Part shown: in pieces, positions 24,801 to 39,469 of the stretch
How the letters are laid out: each line of letters opens with the position of its first letter
How positions within the stretch are numbered: the first letter of the stretch is position 1
Assembly (NCBI GenBank): GCA_973895155.1
Contig: OZ316892.1
Coordinates: 19,603,869 to 19,667,868, forward strand
Direction: 5' to 3'
Length of the DNA stretch: 64,000 bases
Source: Marsupella aquatica
Lineage: Eukaryota; Plantae; Marchantiophyta
The notes under the pieces: generated by a model
Told to the model about the DNA's origin: nothing
Seen by the model: only the letters and a program-made list of their open reading frames with translations
Database searches by the model: none
Program-made: the position numbers and the translations under genes

Positions 24801-25405
24801 GGCCAAAATAGATTCCTAGTGAATTCATTCACTCAAAATTGAAGCACATATGGACCTCCATGTTGTTTCTAAAGTACAATTTAACTGGCATAGCAAAAGT
24901 TAAGGACTTTCTCAGAAAGTTGAAATTGACAAGGATAAAATTGTGATTTACATTTTGCTTGGGGGTCTCACTATATGGGGACCTCCGGGGGGACCTCCCC
25001 ATCAACTGCAACATTTTTAGGCCTCGGACACCCAAAAATGTAAGAAAAAAATTATTCATTAATCCATATAAAATTGGAATATTCCAAAAGTTGGATAAAA
25101 AAGATTCCATTGTTCTTATAAGTCTCAAAATTGATTTTAAAAGACCCTATTGTTCTTCTGCAAAAATTCTTAAGTCCTCCCTTAGAATCAATAAAACAAC
25201 CCTATCCTTTGTCAAACGTGATATGTTATTTTTGTGGAAGTAAAACCCCCGAGCAATTTTGACTGAAATGTAACCTGGAAACGGTCTCCTTATTGTTTGC
25301 AGCCAGTTTCAATTACATTACCAAATGGGTGTCGTTCGTAGCTTGACGATTTGATGACCTTGAACATGAAGCGTCAAGATTTCATGCCACTACTCATGAA
25401 CACCG
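21841..25405. mobile_element. Non-autonomous long-TIR DNA element (about 140-bp TIRs), probably Tc1/mariner-like
   Basis: 21841-21980 (CGGTGATCCTGAGTAATGGCATG...GGTAATGTAATTAAAACTGGCT...CATTTCAGTCA) is the diverged reverse complement of 25260-25405. Flanked by CA on the left and TA on the right. Confidence 0.7.
23910..24264 (+). mobile_element. Ty1/copia solo LTR
   Basis: TGTT...AACA termini; 5-bp TSD GGAGG at 23905-23909 and 24265-24269. Shares ATTGCTCT(T)AGTCTTGTGACTCA, GGACTTAGCT and ACGTAGCC...GGTGAACCAC with the copia 3' LTR at 61557. Confidence 0.9.
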
Positions 25406-26742
25406 TACCAATGTTCTAAGTGTTAAATGAACTCAAAAAAATTAAAATATTTGATCACCTTTGTCCTCATAAAATGAAGCAAATTATCTCAAAAAAGTCT
25501 CAAACTTTGTTAAGCAATAGATTCAATTACAGACCATGCTGGAGAAATTTCATCTCAAATTGATTCTTCAATTAAATTGAAACATTTGCCAAATTTTCAA
25601 AATAAGTTTTATGCTGCAAATAGTTGACCCTGCCAAGTAAATTGTCAAAACGCCACACACATTTTGAAAATGCCTAAAATATTCATGAATTTTCTTAAGT
25701 GGGCTAATATCTGTGATATTTGAGCGATGGATTGGCACAAATATATTTTATCATAGCTTCCAGCTCACTAGTCCAATTTGCTTGCTTTGAATTGAGCTGA
25801 AATTGTAGCCTCAAGACAATGAAGCTCCATTCTTCTCAAGGCAACATTGCTGAGCCATTTAGACAACATTTCACTTGAAGAACACCACAACCAGGACCGG
25901 ACATTGGCAGCAGAGCATCCCCGGCCGTCAATTGATGTTGGGTTTGCTATGCGCCAAGGACCCGCAATTGATAGCTGAGTGTTCTTGGATCTGTAGCGTG
26001 AGACAGCTGGGTGATCTCCTAGAGCTATCGGCTGTGTTGCAAAGTTAGATACAAAGTGATAAGGCAAAGGGTTGCCTTGCGAAGGAGACTTGCACAACAT
26101 GGACTTCCCTGATGAGCACAATGAACCATTTGAATCTACTTGCACAACCTGTCTTATACTTCTTTTTCAGAGAAGGACATATAACATACATTTGAGAAGT
26201 CTTAATTATAAAGTGTCAACTCCGAGCTAGACTTGGAGCCTAGGCTTCTAGAGTGAAGCCTCGAGACCGTAACTCCATGGCTCATCATGTGGATGGGAAA
26301 ACTGATGAGTAAATATGATGTATGTCAAATGATAATCATGCATGCTTTTTGTCATGATTTCTATTTGCTTTAAAAACTGGGTTCTATGGCCCCACCATAA
26401 CATGTATGCATAGAAATAGAGATGTGCATTGAAAAAAGTATGGTATGTTATGTATGATTATTAAAATGATGACATTCACGATGGTTTTTTTTCATTCAAA
26501 GACTGTGAGTAAGGTATATATATTTTGGTAATATTTTTATTGTCCTCCTCTCTATTCTCGTTCAAAGAACAGGTAGTCGGGGCTAGTAATAGAAGCTCTT
26601 GAATGGACTTCGCTTGTATCCTACAAGACATTTTGTCATGCAATAACTTTAAGTTGCATTGAACTGAAGGAGTTGGATTCTCGTAGTTATCATGGTCACT
26701 CTGCATATAACCCCTTACACTTCCATTTCGTGACATTGCAAG

Positions 26743-27103
26743 TGTTGAGTAAATATTCCACAACACAACATCTAGGAATCAATTTACAATCCAACAATCA
26801 ACAACATTTGACATAGGGATAAGTGGTTCACCCTGTCTAGCCTATGTTCACTATAGAGAGAATGATCACTATGCATAGTCCTAGTACATCCGCCATTAAT
26901 AGCACTGTAAGTTCAGAAGCTGCTCTATAACAAATCCTCTTTGTTCATTCTAACTCCCTCACTCCTAGAACTGATATCTAAGTATGAGCACAATTAAGTG
27001 CTCTCACAAGGGTATACCCCCTCTCCCCTAGTCTAACCTTACCCTTGTGAATCAGCTGAATTCTAGTTAACCTAACCAGGCACTAGAGTTAAGTATACTA
27101 ACA
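26743..27103 (-). mobile_element. Probable older copia-type solo LTR
   Basis: Minus strand TGTTAG...ACTCAACA, 361 bp, carrying a GTGAACATAGGC...GGTGAACCAC motif like the other LTRs; no matching TSD. Confidence 0.5.
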
Positions 27104-28449
27104 ATAAAGTTCTGGAAATATTGTGACAGTGTAAGGTTGATGTGACCATCTGAGTACCCATATCAAACATGTGTCCACCTAAGCTCCCACTTCAATATTG
27201 CTAGAATTTACTTTGCAGTTTTTGCTAGCCATATACTCAACACAACTTTTTGTTTTCTTCTATGTAAGTTAGAACTCATGGGTTAGCTCTCATGATATCT
27301 ATTGCAAAAAACTATTTGTGGAAATTTTCCAGTATTTCTCATTATTTTGTGTTTTTTTTTGTCACTACCTCATTACAGTAGTTATCCTTGATTCTCAGGA
27401 AGTCAATGGCTTCAATGAGAATTCTGTCACGGCTCAACTTGCTTAGGACCTCTTTGATCATCAGCCACAATATATTTGCATTCTAAACTTAGCATGGATC
27501 CAATGTTAAAAGTAGCCAAGCATGGGTCCTTTCATAAACTTATATTTGAGCATATCCCCGCCGCTAGAACTGGCTGAGCATGTGTCATGGAGCTTGGGTT
27601 TGCTGTGAATATTAGATGAGCACTTATCACCAAGCATGGGTCTCCTATGTAAATTAGCCAAGCATGGGTCCAATGCCAAATTATCTGAGAAATTATCCAA
27701 ACATTGGTCAAGGAACCATTTGTTTGTGGTTCAAACTTGAGACCCGCTTTACTCTATTGTTTTGCCAGGTAAGGGTCCTCTAGTAGACAAATGGAAAATT
27801 TGGGCAAGTCTTACAAAGTCCCAAATTCCATTGGAGCCATTGGCAGGTTTTACTCATTATACAGAATTCTCATTTGGTATGAAAAATAAAGTAGATTCCA
27901 ATTACTCTTCTCCCAAATAGATGAAGCTAATCAAAAAAATAAAAATAAAAGAGAATGAAGCCATAGGAGGTAAATTCTCCAGTACAATAAATTTAGATAT
28001 CTAGAATGTGCTTGTGAATAGGGATATTAATCATGGGTATACGGGAAGCCCTTGTTGTGTGGATAGTAAGCAGGGGTGGGTCGGCTAGTGACCAAAATTA
28101 GGGAGCTGGTGACCCATCCAGGCATCCAGCCCTTGAGAGCTGCGTGTACGTTACACTTCTCCAGTCACACGATTCAGACCAAGAAGATGGTCTTCCTCCA
28201 GATGTGTGTGTTTTCCCAATTCCATGTTTCTTGAGTTCATGACCCGAAGAACCGAAGAAGTGTGTTAGTTCAAATCTAGAACCAAACAATCTAACAAGAA
28301 TATTCCAATATTGGTCTCATCCAAGCGTCCAATCCCAAGATCGACGGTCAAAGCTTTAACGGAGACCAGCCTAATAACTCAGCCTGAGGGGTCGGTAGCC
28401 GGTTCGGCGCCCATTACTTGTGTGAGGAAGTAGCACATTAGGGAACACC

Positions 28450-28830
28450 GACGGACCAATCATAGGCTCCCCAAGATCGAAGCGGAAGCGTCCAGCCGTC
28501 GACTCTCGGGATCTACGGCTGAGGAGCGACGAGAGAGGGGAGTACGCGAGGAGTGAAAGCGAATGTCGATAGTCGCCATGTACTGTAGGAGATACAATGT
28601 GGCGTGCGAATTGGACAGAGAGCGAGAGTTTTTACAAACGCGAGCGAAACGGGCCAATGGGCAGCCGCGGAGGTACAGCACACGGATCGCCACGGTGGAG
28701 TTCAGGCGGCCTGAAGGAGACGGCCCTGGTGCTTCGTCTCTCTCTCCTCGCTCTCTAGTAAAGCTTGTGCTGAAAGCACACTTCCAGCCTACCGCGGCGC
28801 GACACGCGTCCTCGCCGAGGCTGCACGGAT
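28450..28830 (+). promoter_or_regulatory. Putative H3.3 promoter elements
   Basis: CCAAT at about 28456 and 28654; CACGGATC at 28681, one mismatch from the plant histone octamer CGCGGATC. Confidence 0.35.
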
Positions 28831-29085
28831 GCTATGTGATAACCGTCCGAGTCTCTCGGTTCGGAACGCCAATCGAGCTTTTGCGCTTTTGAGGAGACAT
28901 TGTCCCCAAATCTGGTCATTGCCTTTTGTTCTTCGCGTCGTCGTTGTTGAGTTTCGATCGCGCCGACCTTCCCTCTTATTAAGCTCCTCCTTCGCTCCAG
29001 ACGTTCGTTCTTTGCTGCTTTTTCGCACTTCGGCGACGATTTGTTTTTGTTTAGAGCTCCGCTCCAGTTCTCGTAGTGCGAAGCG

Positions 29086-30875
<1,790 letters not shown>

Positions 30876-33142
30876 GAAGTAGCCTTCTGTGAGGTTCTCA
30901 GAAAGTAGAGTTGGTTCGCAAATTTTGTATATACATTATTCTAGACTACTTATCATAATGACACAATGGGTAGCTATGAATGAGCCCAGGGAGGCGTTAT
31001 TTTCAATTGCACTACGTGCCTGAAAACAATAAGTGCTACGGGAAACTGACATTTTCTCCTGAAAATGTCTTGAACTTCTTTGGGTGGTTTATGTAACCTA
31101 GCTTTTGCGGTGTAGTGTAAAAAACTGAATGCCGGATTGATGTTTATCGGTGATTTCCTCGTTTTGTGATAATTATACTGTAATATGTGGGTGTACCTAT
31201 TTTGAATGCAAGTGAAACTTTTGGGTTGGAGTGCATATACTATACTGCTATCAAGCTTTCAAAGTAGGAGTCAGTCGGAACGTAGTTGTTTGTGTGATGA
31301 TAGGAACAAGTTGCACTCCAATCCTTAAACGAGCCTGGTGAGGTAACCATCAATTTGCGGGCTGGAAACGAATCGATAGTTCTTTAGGAAAACAGCTGGA
31401 CAAATACGAATAAATAAATTCGTTTTGTGTCAGCCAAGTTTCTGAAATAGTTCATAATTGCCTAGAAAAGCTTCCCTTCTTCTAAATATTAGATTCGGTA
31501 GAAAGTTCTACGAGTAGGTAGGTAGACTTTTAATAACATCATTTCGATAATAATAGACAAGGGAACAAACCTAACGTGAAAAATCTTAAACCAGATCTTC
31601 AACTGCAAAGTATTTGCCTCATGTAAACTTAAAGCTACCTTACCCAAAATACAAGTAATTTTTACCCTTCATGACGTAAAGCGATAAATCTTCATTTAAA
31701 CTGATTATTTTGAGAATGAAGAATGATTCTAAACCTCCGTACAACCATGGCGCACTTTCTCTAGAAGCCAAACGAGTCCCCATCATTGCACAATAACTTA
31801 TCTAGGTCATTGTTACACTTTATTTTGACTATCAGTATAACCATAGGCAATCAGCATGATCACCGGATTGATAATCCTAGTAGGTGAAGAATTACTTCCA
31901 CGGGGTCATTACCTCACCCAGCTTTAGACCGTATACCCGATGCAAACGCTGTCCCGACTGCAGTGCCGGAGGACAAGAGTGGAACACAGCTAGAATTTGC
32001 GCGTTACAGCACTTGACTTCCCCTTGGCGCAGCGTAATATTGTACGAATAAATTAAACTTCGGTTCCAACTTGCTCCAAAGTTTACCTTTTTGACAATAT
32101 GCTGTGGAAAGCCTGGTTTTCGCTGAAATGTCATTAACAATTGCTTTGGCTACGTGTGAAAACTACATGAAAACCTTTCTGGATGAGAAAAATTTAAATG
32201 TCCGCATGCGACAGTTTCATCGAATTGGCCACCGACCATGGTCTGAGAGAAATGGCCATCCGCGACGGTCTGATGGCAATTTAGAACATATTTTCGCCAT
32301 CAACATTCAGGGCATACGATTCTGCACTAGAGAATTGCTGCTTGTGGCAATTGCAACACAAAGATCCCTACTATGTGCGGCTCCCACATTTAGCTTACAA
32401 AGTAAATTGTTTCTTTAAGACGAAGCCCCCGCCCAAGGCAGAGTCGCACAGCTGGCTCGCTGCCTTGGAAACCCCTCCTCATTTTAACTGCAAAAGCTAA
32501 AGGAAGCGCAAGAACCACTTCGAAGCGCCGACAACAAGTACCACAGAAAAAGCTGAGCCAGACGAAATAGTCACACAGAGACAAAGTAAAAGGGGACTGG
32601 TATGATTGTGCACTCAACCCGATCACTTCATTTAGCATTTGATAAACTTGACTACTTCAAAAACACAGTAATGGCCTTGGAGTTCGGCACTACACAACTA
32701 TTAGTACTGGAGAATGTAACTTTCCGATCGCAACGAGTGCTGACTTGAAGCGTGCTTGCTGGACATACAAATCCAGCAATGCGATGGAGAGACGCACAAA
32801 ATTAAAGGAAAGTGTTAAACAAAAGTTACGAATTGTGGAAGCTATGGCTATGAATTGATCATTTGTTAGTCAGTTCCTCATATTGTATTCTTTCTTGTTT
32901 GGGACATGTCGCGAGGATTTCAGATATCCTTTCCACTCCAATAAACCTTTCAGACAGGAACTGATACTTCTCCCATGCGCAATTCCAAATAACTAAAAAA
33001 AAACCAAGTTCAAGAAGAAGCCACACAGATATCCAGACAGGTTGTAAGCATTACAGGTAGGTTGGGTTTACAACATCTTTAGCACATCAAAGAATTATAT
33101 CTGCCCCATGAGTAGATCAAAGTACAATAGAAACAGTAAGGG

Positions 33143-36100
33143 CTACCTGCGACCCTTTTTCTTGTTCTTTAGGTTGCTACCAGAGGCCTTGGGAGGTTCT
33201 GTTGGTGCAGCAGACTTTGCACTAGATGCTGAGCTGCTTCCTGGTTTCGATGGCCCTGAAGATACATTAGAAGGACCATTCACAGGAATATCACCAGACT
33301 TGTCTCTTGATATTGAACCTTGAGCCCCTCTAATTTGCTGTTGTTGTGCTCTCTTGTCCTTTTTCTTGGGCCTAAAGCTGGACCTCTCTCGTTTAGGGAG
33401 CCACCTTTCTGGATCTGGAGGTGGTCCAGGGTTGGCTGGGTCGAAGTTCTTTGGATACAGAGGTTTCTTCTTTCTTTTCTTCTTCGGTTTGATCTTGTCA
33501 ACCCTGTCATCTCCAGCCTTCAATTCCTCATCTGTACCTCGCACACGTTTTGACGTTGGTGCAGCTCGCTCCAGGGCTTCGACATCAATATTTCTAAGAC
33601 CTGGTAAAGGTGGGAGCTCTTTCTCATACAGCTCTGCCTTAGCTGGGTCTGAAAGAGCAGTGCTACGAACAAGTCCATTCAGTGCCTCTGCTCGCACAGC
33701 AGGTGATGAACTTTTTGTCAATCGCTGGAACAGCTTCGCAGCAGCTTCTAGCTTACTGTGTTTCAACTTGAATGCCGCTGCTTCTTGAATCACTTCTTCT
33801 AAAGTGGTGTTATCACGTCCCATATGATTATCCCACCAATTAACAGCTGAATCTAGAATTGCCTCTGCTCTTTCCACATCCCCTGCACGTTCTCTCAAGG
33901 CCACAAGCGTTGCTACCATTCCTGGCCTATGCTGCAAGTCGGTAATCCTTTCAAGGGACTCTGCCGCGCGGGCAAAGTTCCCCGACGATATAGAGACCTG
34001 AGCCCGTACCAAATACGCTTGTGTGGAGTTATTTGGATGCTGGGCTGCAAACTGCTCCAGTACATCTTCTGCCCGTGCCGATTTACCCTCTTTCAAAGCC
34101 AAAGAGGCGGCCAATATGGGTGCCTCACTGCCGGGGAAGGAATCTAAAAGTGATGGAAGTAGATCTCGTGCCTAAGAGATACAAGGAATCCGTTAGAGAA
34201 GTTAAGAAGTTAAGGAAATCAAGATAGAAACTGAAAAGGTATTAGGACAAGTTCTCACCTGGTCAAGTTTATTGGAGTGCAGGAGCAGCAAAAAGCGGTT
34301 GAAACTGATCACCTCCTTCTGTCTTGCAGATAACCTCTGCTCCAGTTTTTCTGTAAATTGTACCCTTTGTCCTCCAGTTTTCTTCTCGAACATCTTGTCA
34401 AATTTTTTTAGGGCATCGAACAGATCGCGTGCGCCTCTTAGGGCAATAAGATTATTTGACGCGACTGCCATGGAGGACTCGTCAGTAGGTTTCTTCTTTA
34501 TAAGAGCATTGTAGCCTTCCAGCGCCTCTGCAGATTTGCCTGCGATCTGTGTGGAACGAACAGAATTTCTGTATCAGCAAATTTTGCCAAAGATTGTGTG
34601 CTTTTCACTATCCACCATCAATCTGTTGCGTACAGAGAATGCTCTGTAGGAAAATCACAACTAAGATCCAACCCGTCCACGAAGCTCGTTCAATTGTAGC
34701 AAGGATTCCCGTAAAGCCTTGCCCAATGAAAGAATGAAACGCTATTCTACTGTGTCAAGAGATCTACATTCTATGAGGTGGACCATAATATTGAACTGCA
34801 GGCTCGTAGGTCTGATTGACAGAAACACGTGCTGGAATACTGCTCTTCGAGATCTCTACGTAACCCTCATTATCATATGTACGAGTACATACAACCGCTT
34901 GAAAAATTACCTGGTGTACGTATGATAATTGAACCGATATGGGAGCAAGTTCGTCTTCAATCTCCTCCTCGGGAAAATCTTCGTCGATTAATGACTCTTG
35001 TCCAATTCTGATGAACAAGGAGGCCCAGACTCAATGAAAGATATTTGTGATAGAATCTTCTCTGCTTAACCCTTAAGGGTTCGACCCAGATTGTGAATGG
35101 AAGAAATTTATTCTTTGCAGATTCTTGCACCGTACCCAAGCGGGAAACAGTGAAAATACTACTTTCAACGCTGGAAATGACTGATCACGTACGAAATAGT
35201 GGCATGAAAGAGTCAGAAGAGGTACCGGCGTGCGAGGAGTAAATGCTCTTCGGCTTTACTCAATTCCCCTCTTTCGATCAAAGCACACCCGGCATTGTAT
35301 GCAAGATTGAAATTGTTCCTGGCAGATACTTTCATGAAGTCCATGACGGCTTGAACTTCTCCAGACCGTCCTCCAGAAACATAAGCTGCGATAATATTAC
35401 TTTTCACCTCGTCGGAATCTACTTTGTGGTTCTTCAGCAGCTCCGTATAGGTGTTTATACAAGAACTGAAATCTCCCAACTTGAATAGAATCTGTGCTTC
35501 AAGCTGCAAAACCTTCGCATCTCTTTGGTCGGTTGGCAAGGAGGCCAAAGCTTCCTGCCCACGGTTGCGCTTGTAAAGGCAGTAGGCCTGTTCACGAAAA
35601 CACAAACAATTCCAAATCAGCAAAACCAAATTCAAATAAGCAAGAATGTAGAGCCGAGCAGTCATTGGCAAGATGCACTAGGTGCTGAGATCCTCCTCGA
35701 GTGCATGTTCTGGAGAAAGTTTTAGAAACCCCTCACTCTTCTCTTTGCTCCATCTCGTGAGACTTTATTCATGCAATGAGAGGGACACACATATTCAGAG
35801 GATGAGATCGACGGGACCCGATAGAAGGGGTTTATGCTGGAACCCTAAAAACCAACTCACCTTTTGGAAAGCGAGGTCGATACCCGGAGCAGAATCAATG
35901 ACAACCACTGCTTGATCATACTCATCCAGCTCAATGTAGGCCAACACCTTGCACTCAATGGCATCCTTGTCTCCGGGTGACAATTTCAAAACTGAATTCA
36001 ACAACAACACAAAATATCAATCATTTACTCTCCAGAAGGCTGGCCTCCCTCCAACACAAACAAAGGCACCAAACAAAATGAGGCTGATGAGGAGGTTTTT

Positions 36101-36316
36101 ACTTTGGTCGGCGACTTTGATTATTTGTTTGAAGTCTTCGGCTTTGACATGCTTTTCCAATGCCTTAAACAACTCATCGATCGAGGGGCCTGCAGGAGAA
36201 GACGCAGGGGCACCAGCTGCCGTCTTCTCCGCACCACTGCTTTTTCCGCCAGACTGCTGCTTCTGTGGTGCTGGCGACGCCGCACCCTTCGCTTTTCCCT
36301 GCGCTTTCGGAGCCAT
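33143..36316 (-). CDS. SRP72: Signal recognition particle subunit SRP72, about 6 exons
   Basis: TPR-type N-terminus (DAIECKVLAYI, FQK|AYCLYK), EEEIEDELAPISVQLSYV, AVASNNL, and the SRP72 RNA-binding motif KKPLYPKNFDPANPGPPPDPERWLPKRERS. Confidence 0.96.
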
Positions 36317-36543
36317 TGCTCCCCAAAATCACTCCCTCGACATGTACCGTCAATCTAGTTCGGCTCTGTCAACACAACTCATCACATCCAAATCGCTCTA
36401 AAAATGCACAAAGTCACTTCTCCAAAATTATTTGCCGTAATCCGCAAACGCAAAGAGCACTAGAAATGGAAAGCAAAATCTGAATGATCAGATATGGTTT
36501 CGGAAAAACAGTCCTCACTATCAACACCGGCCTTCGTTCCTTC

Positions 36544-36569
36544 CTCTCTCTCTCTCTCTCTCTCTCTCT
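36544..36569. repeat. (CT)n microsatellite upstream of SRP72
   Basis: Run of CT dinucleotides. Confidence 0.9.
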
Positions 36570-36719
36570 GTGCGCGAAACCCAATTTTTGCGAATGTACA
36601 CACTCTCGACTAACCAGCGAGTGCCGACCCTAGACCCGACCTGCGCTAGTACCTATTGGTTAGGGGCTTGCTACGTTTGGTCCCTGGCCTCTTCCGGGCC
36701 TGATGGAGAATCTGGAAGA

Positions 36720-37885
36720 ATCACACCTTTTATACTTACAGTCATTGACACCCTTCTCGTTTCCAACGTACGTTTACACTTACAAGTCCTTGACACCCTT
36801 CTCGTTTCCAACGTACGTTTACACTTACAAGTCCTTGACACCCTTCTCGTTTCCAAAGTGAACCATCAACCTCCATGCTCTGTGACACATTTTACACTTA
36901 CAGACATTATTTGACACTCTTCTCGTTTCCAAAGTGAACCATCAACCTCCATGCTCTGTGACACATTTTACACTTGCAGACATTATTTGACACCCTTCTC
37001 GTTTCCAAAGTGAATCATGTGATTGTGAACCATCGACCTCCATGCCCTGTGACAAATTTTACACTTACAGACATTGACACCCTTTTTTGTTTCCAAAGTG
37101 AATCATGTGATTGTGAACCATGAACCGTGCCCTGTGAAATATTTTATGCTTACAGACATTGACACCCTTCTCGTTTCCAAAGTGAACCATGCAACTGTGA
37201 ACCATCACCCTCCATGCCCTGTGACATTTTACACTTACAGACATTGACACCCTTCTCGTTTCCAAAGTGAACCATACTATTGTGAACCATCGACCTCCAT
37301 GCCCTGTGACACCTTTTACACTTACAGTCACTGATACCCTTCTCTTTTCCAGAGTCAACCATGCCATTGTGAACCATCAACCTCCACCTTTTACACTTAC
37401 ACATGGACAGTTTTCTAATTTCCAAAATGAACCATGCAATTGTGAACCATCAACCTCCATGCCCTGTGACACCTTTTACACTTACACATGGACAGTTTTC
37501 TAATTTCCAAAGTGAACCATGCAATTGTGAACCATCAACCTCCATGCTTGTAATACCTTTTACACTTACAGTCATTGATTCTCTTCTCTTTTCCAAAGTG
37601 AGCCATCAACCTCCATGCCCTGTGACACATTAAACACTTACAGACATTGACACCCTTCTAGTTTTCAAAGTGAACCATGCAATTTTGAACCATCAACCTC
37701 TATGCCTTGTAACACCTTTTACACTTACAGTCATTGACATTCTTCTTGTTTCCATAAACATTTCAACAGCAGCATGGGAGAATGTGGGAGACTTACTTTC
37801 TTGGGAACCATGTAACCCCTATGGACTGTGATGCCTTTCACACCTACAGTGGTTGACACCCTTCCAGTTTCCAAAAACATTTCAA
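36720..37885. repeat. Tandem array with modular units of about 45-85 bp
   Basis: Recurrent TTTTACACTTACAGACATTGACACCCTTCTCGTTTCCAAAGTGAACCAT...CCATCAACCTCCATGCCCTGTGACA. Confidence 0.95.
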
Positions 37886-38044
37886 CAATAAACTTTGACC
37901 GCACTTGATATCCAAAGGGTTCTTGGGATAGATCCAAACTACTTGGAAATACCTTTAGAGCCTATTTCTAGTTTTCACAGAATTGGGATGGTTGAGTTTC
38001 TATAGTCAGATTATTGACTGTCCACACTCCACACTGCCAAAAGT

Positions 38045-38250
38045 TTTTGGTCCCCTAACTTTGACATTCAATATATCCATGGGTATCCAATTTGGGTTTG
38101 CTGGAAACTGCACCTTTTTGATCCCCTAACTTTGACATTCAATATGTCAATGGGTGTCCAATTTGGGTGATCCCCTAACTTTGACATTCAATATGTTGAT
38201 GGGTATCCAATTTGGGTTTGTTGAAAACTGCTTGGAAAGATCTTTCCAAT
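38045..38250. repeat. Three short direct repeats followed by an 18-bp perfect palindrome
   Basis: TCCCCTAACTTTGACATTCAATAT...TGGGT(A/G)TCCAATTTGGGT x3; TTGGAAAGATCTTTCCAA at about 38232. Confidence 0.85.
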
Positions 38251-39469
38251 GAGCCTAGCCTACTATAGTCAAATTTCATTGAACACTGAAAGACCTACAA
38301 ATTTCCAAATATGACTCTTTAGTTTTCTTGCCACATTTTACTCCTCAGTGTAAGACTCGCTATATAACACCAAAATGCAAGATAAGACTAGCGAGTTACC
38401 CACCCACTCCTCTTTGATGCCAATTTTCACTACAAACTCTGTATTTTGGGGTGCATTTACACAGGAATAGTAGGGGACTACATGACTGGCCTCCAATCAT
38501 CCAAGGAATGCACATATGCCTGGGAATATTAGGGGGTCTCAATTATGAGACTACAGAAGCTTATAGGTTGGCCGGTTACAACTTGAAAACATACATCTGC
38601 TAAAATTGAGTGGACTTCCTAAACGAAGGTCATCACACCTCCAGTCCAGGAGCCACAGTTTTCCATGACCCCCCTTTTGGCATGGGTGAACTTGAGCATT
38701 TAGGGCATGTTCCCTTGCATCCATCTTTTCTTGAAGAACAGCTCCCAACTTTTGCCAGCATTCAATGGAGCTCCCGGCCCGTTTCAAATATGTTTTCCGG
38801 TTTAGTTGCAGGGTCCATTAGTGGTGACCAGGGCCCATGTAGTGGACAACAGTCCATTCCCATTTTGTAATTCAGTGGGCTCATAGTCATGCACTTATGC
38901 ACTTATGCATGATTGGCTTGCAGTTATTCAAGGAATGCACTTATGCATGTATTAGAGGGTCTAAATATTTGGGCTGTGGTGAAATACTGGCACCCGCATC
39001 GTGGTTGGAACGGCTGTCATGTGGCCCAAAAAGTGACGGGCAACCAGGAGGGTGTCGTGTTTAGCCATTGTCTGTAACCATGTATACCAAATTTAAAAAC
39101 AGGAATGGTGAGCACTCTCGGCACTTGTATCCCTTGTCGTTTTGGGATCACCGGATAGTCTTCAAAGTCCAAATGCAGCCTGCCCGAGGGTGTCTGAGTA
39201 TTTCAAGTCCCTGCCCCAGACTGTGAGTCCCTGTGGACCGTCTGAGTGAACACTACTGACGGTCAATTGCTGTTAAAATTTGGAAGGCCCGAATATTGAG
39301 ACCTCCTATAAGGGGAATACATGACAGGCTTGCAGTTATCCAAGGAATGCACTTAAGGGCTAGGTTCAGTGGGGCTGGGAGTGAGGAGTGCACATGTGTG
39401 TCAGCATGTTTAAACAAGTAAGATCACAGATTTTCCAGGGAGTGAGGAGTGTCCAAATACGGCATTAAA

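Noticed and set aside
36720-37885. Repeat array as a CRISPR-like locus
   Set aside because: Units are contiguous and degenerate with no unique spacers; no cas genes; eukaryotic context.
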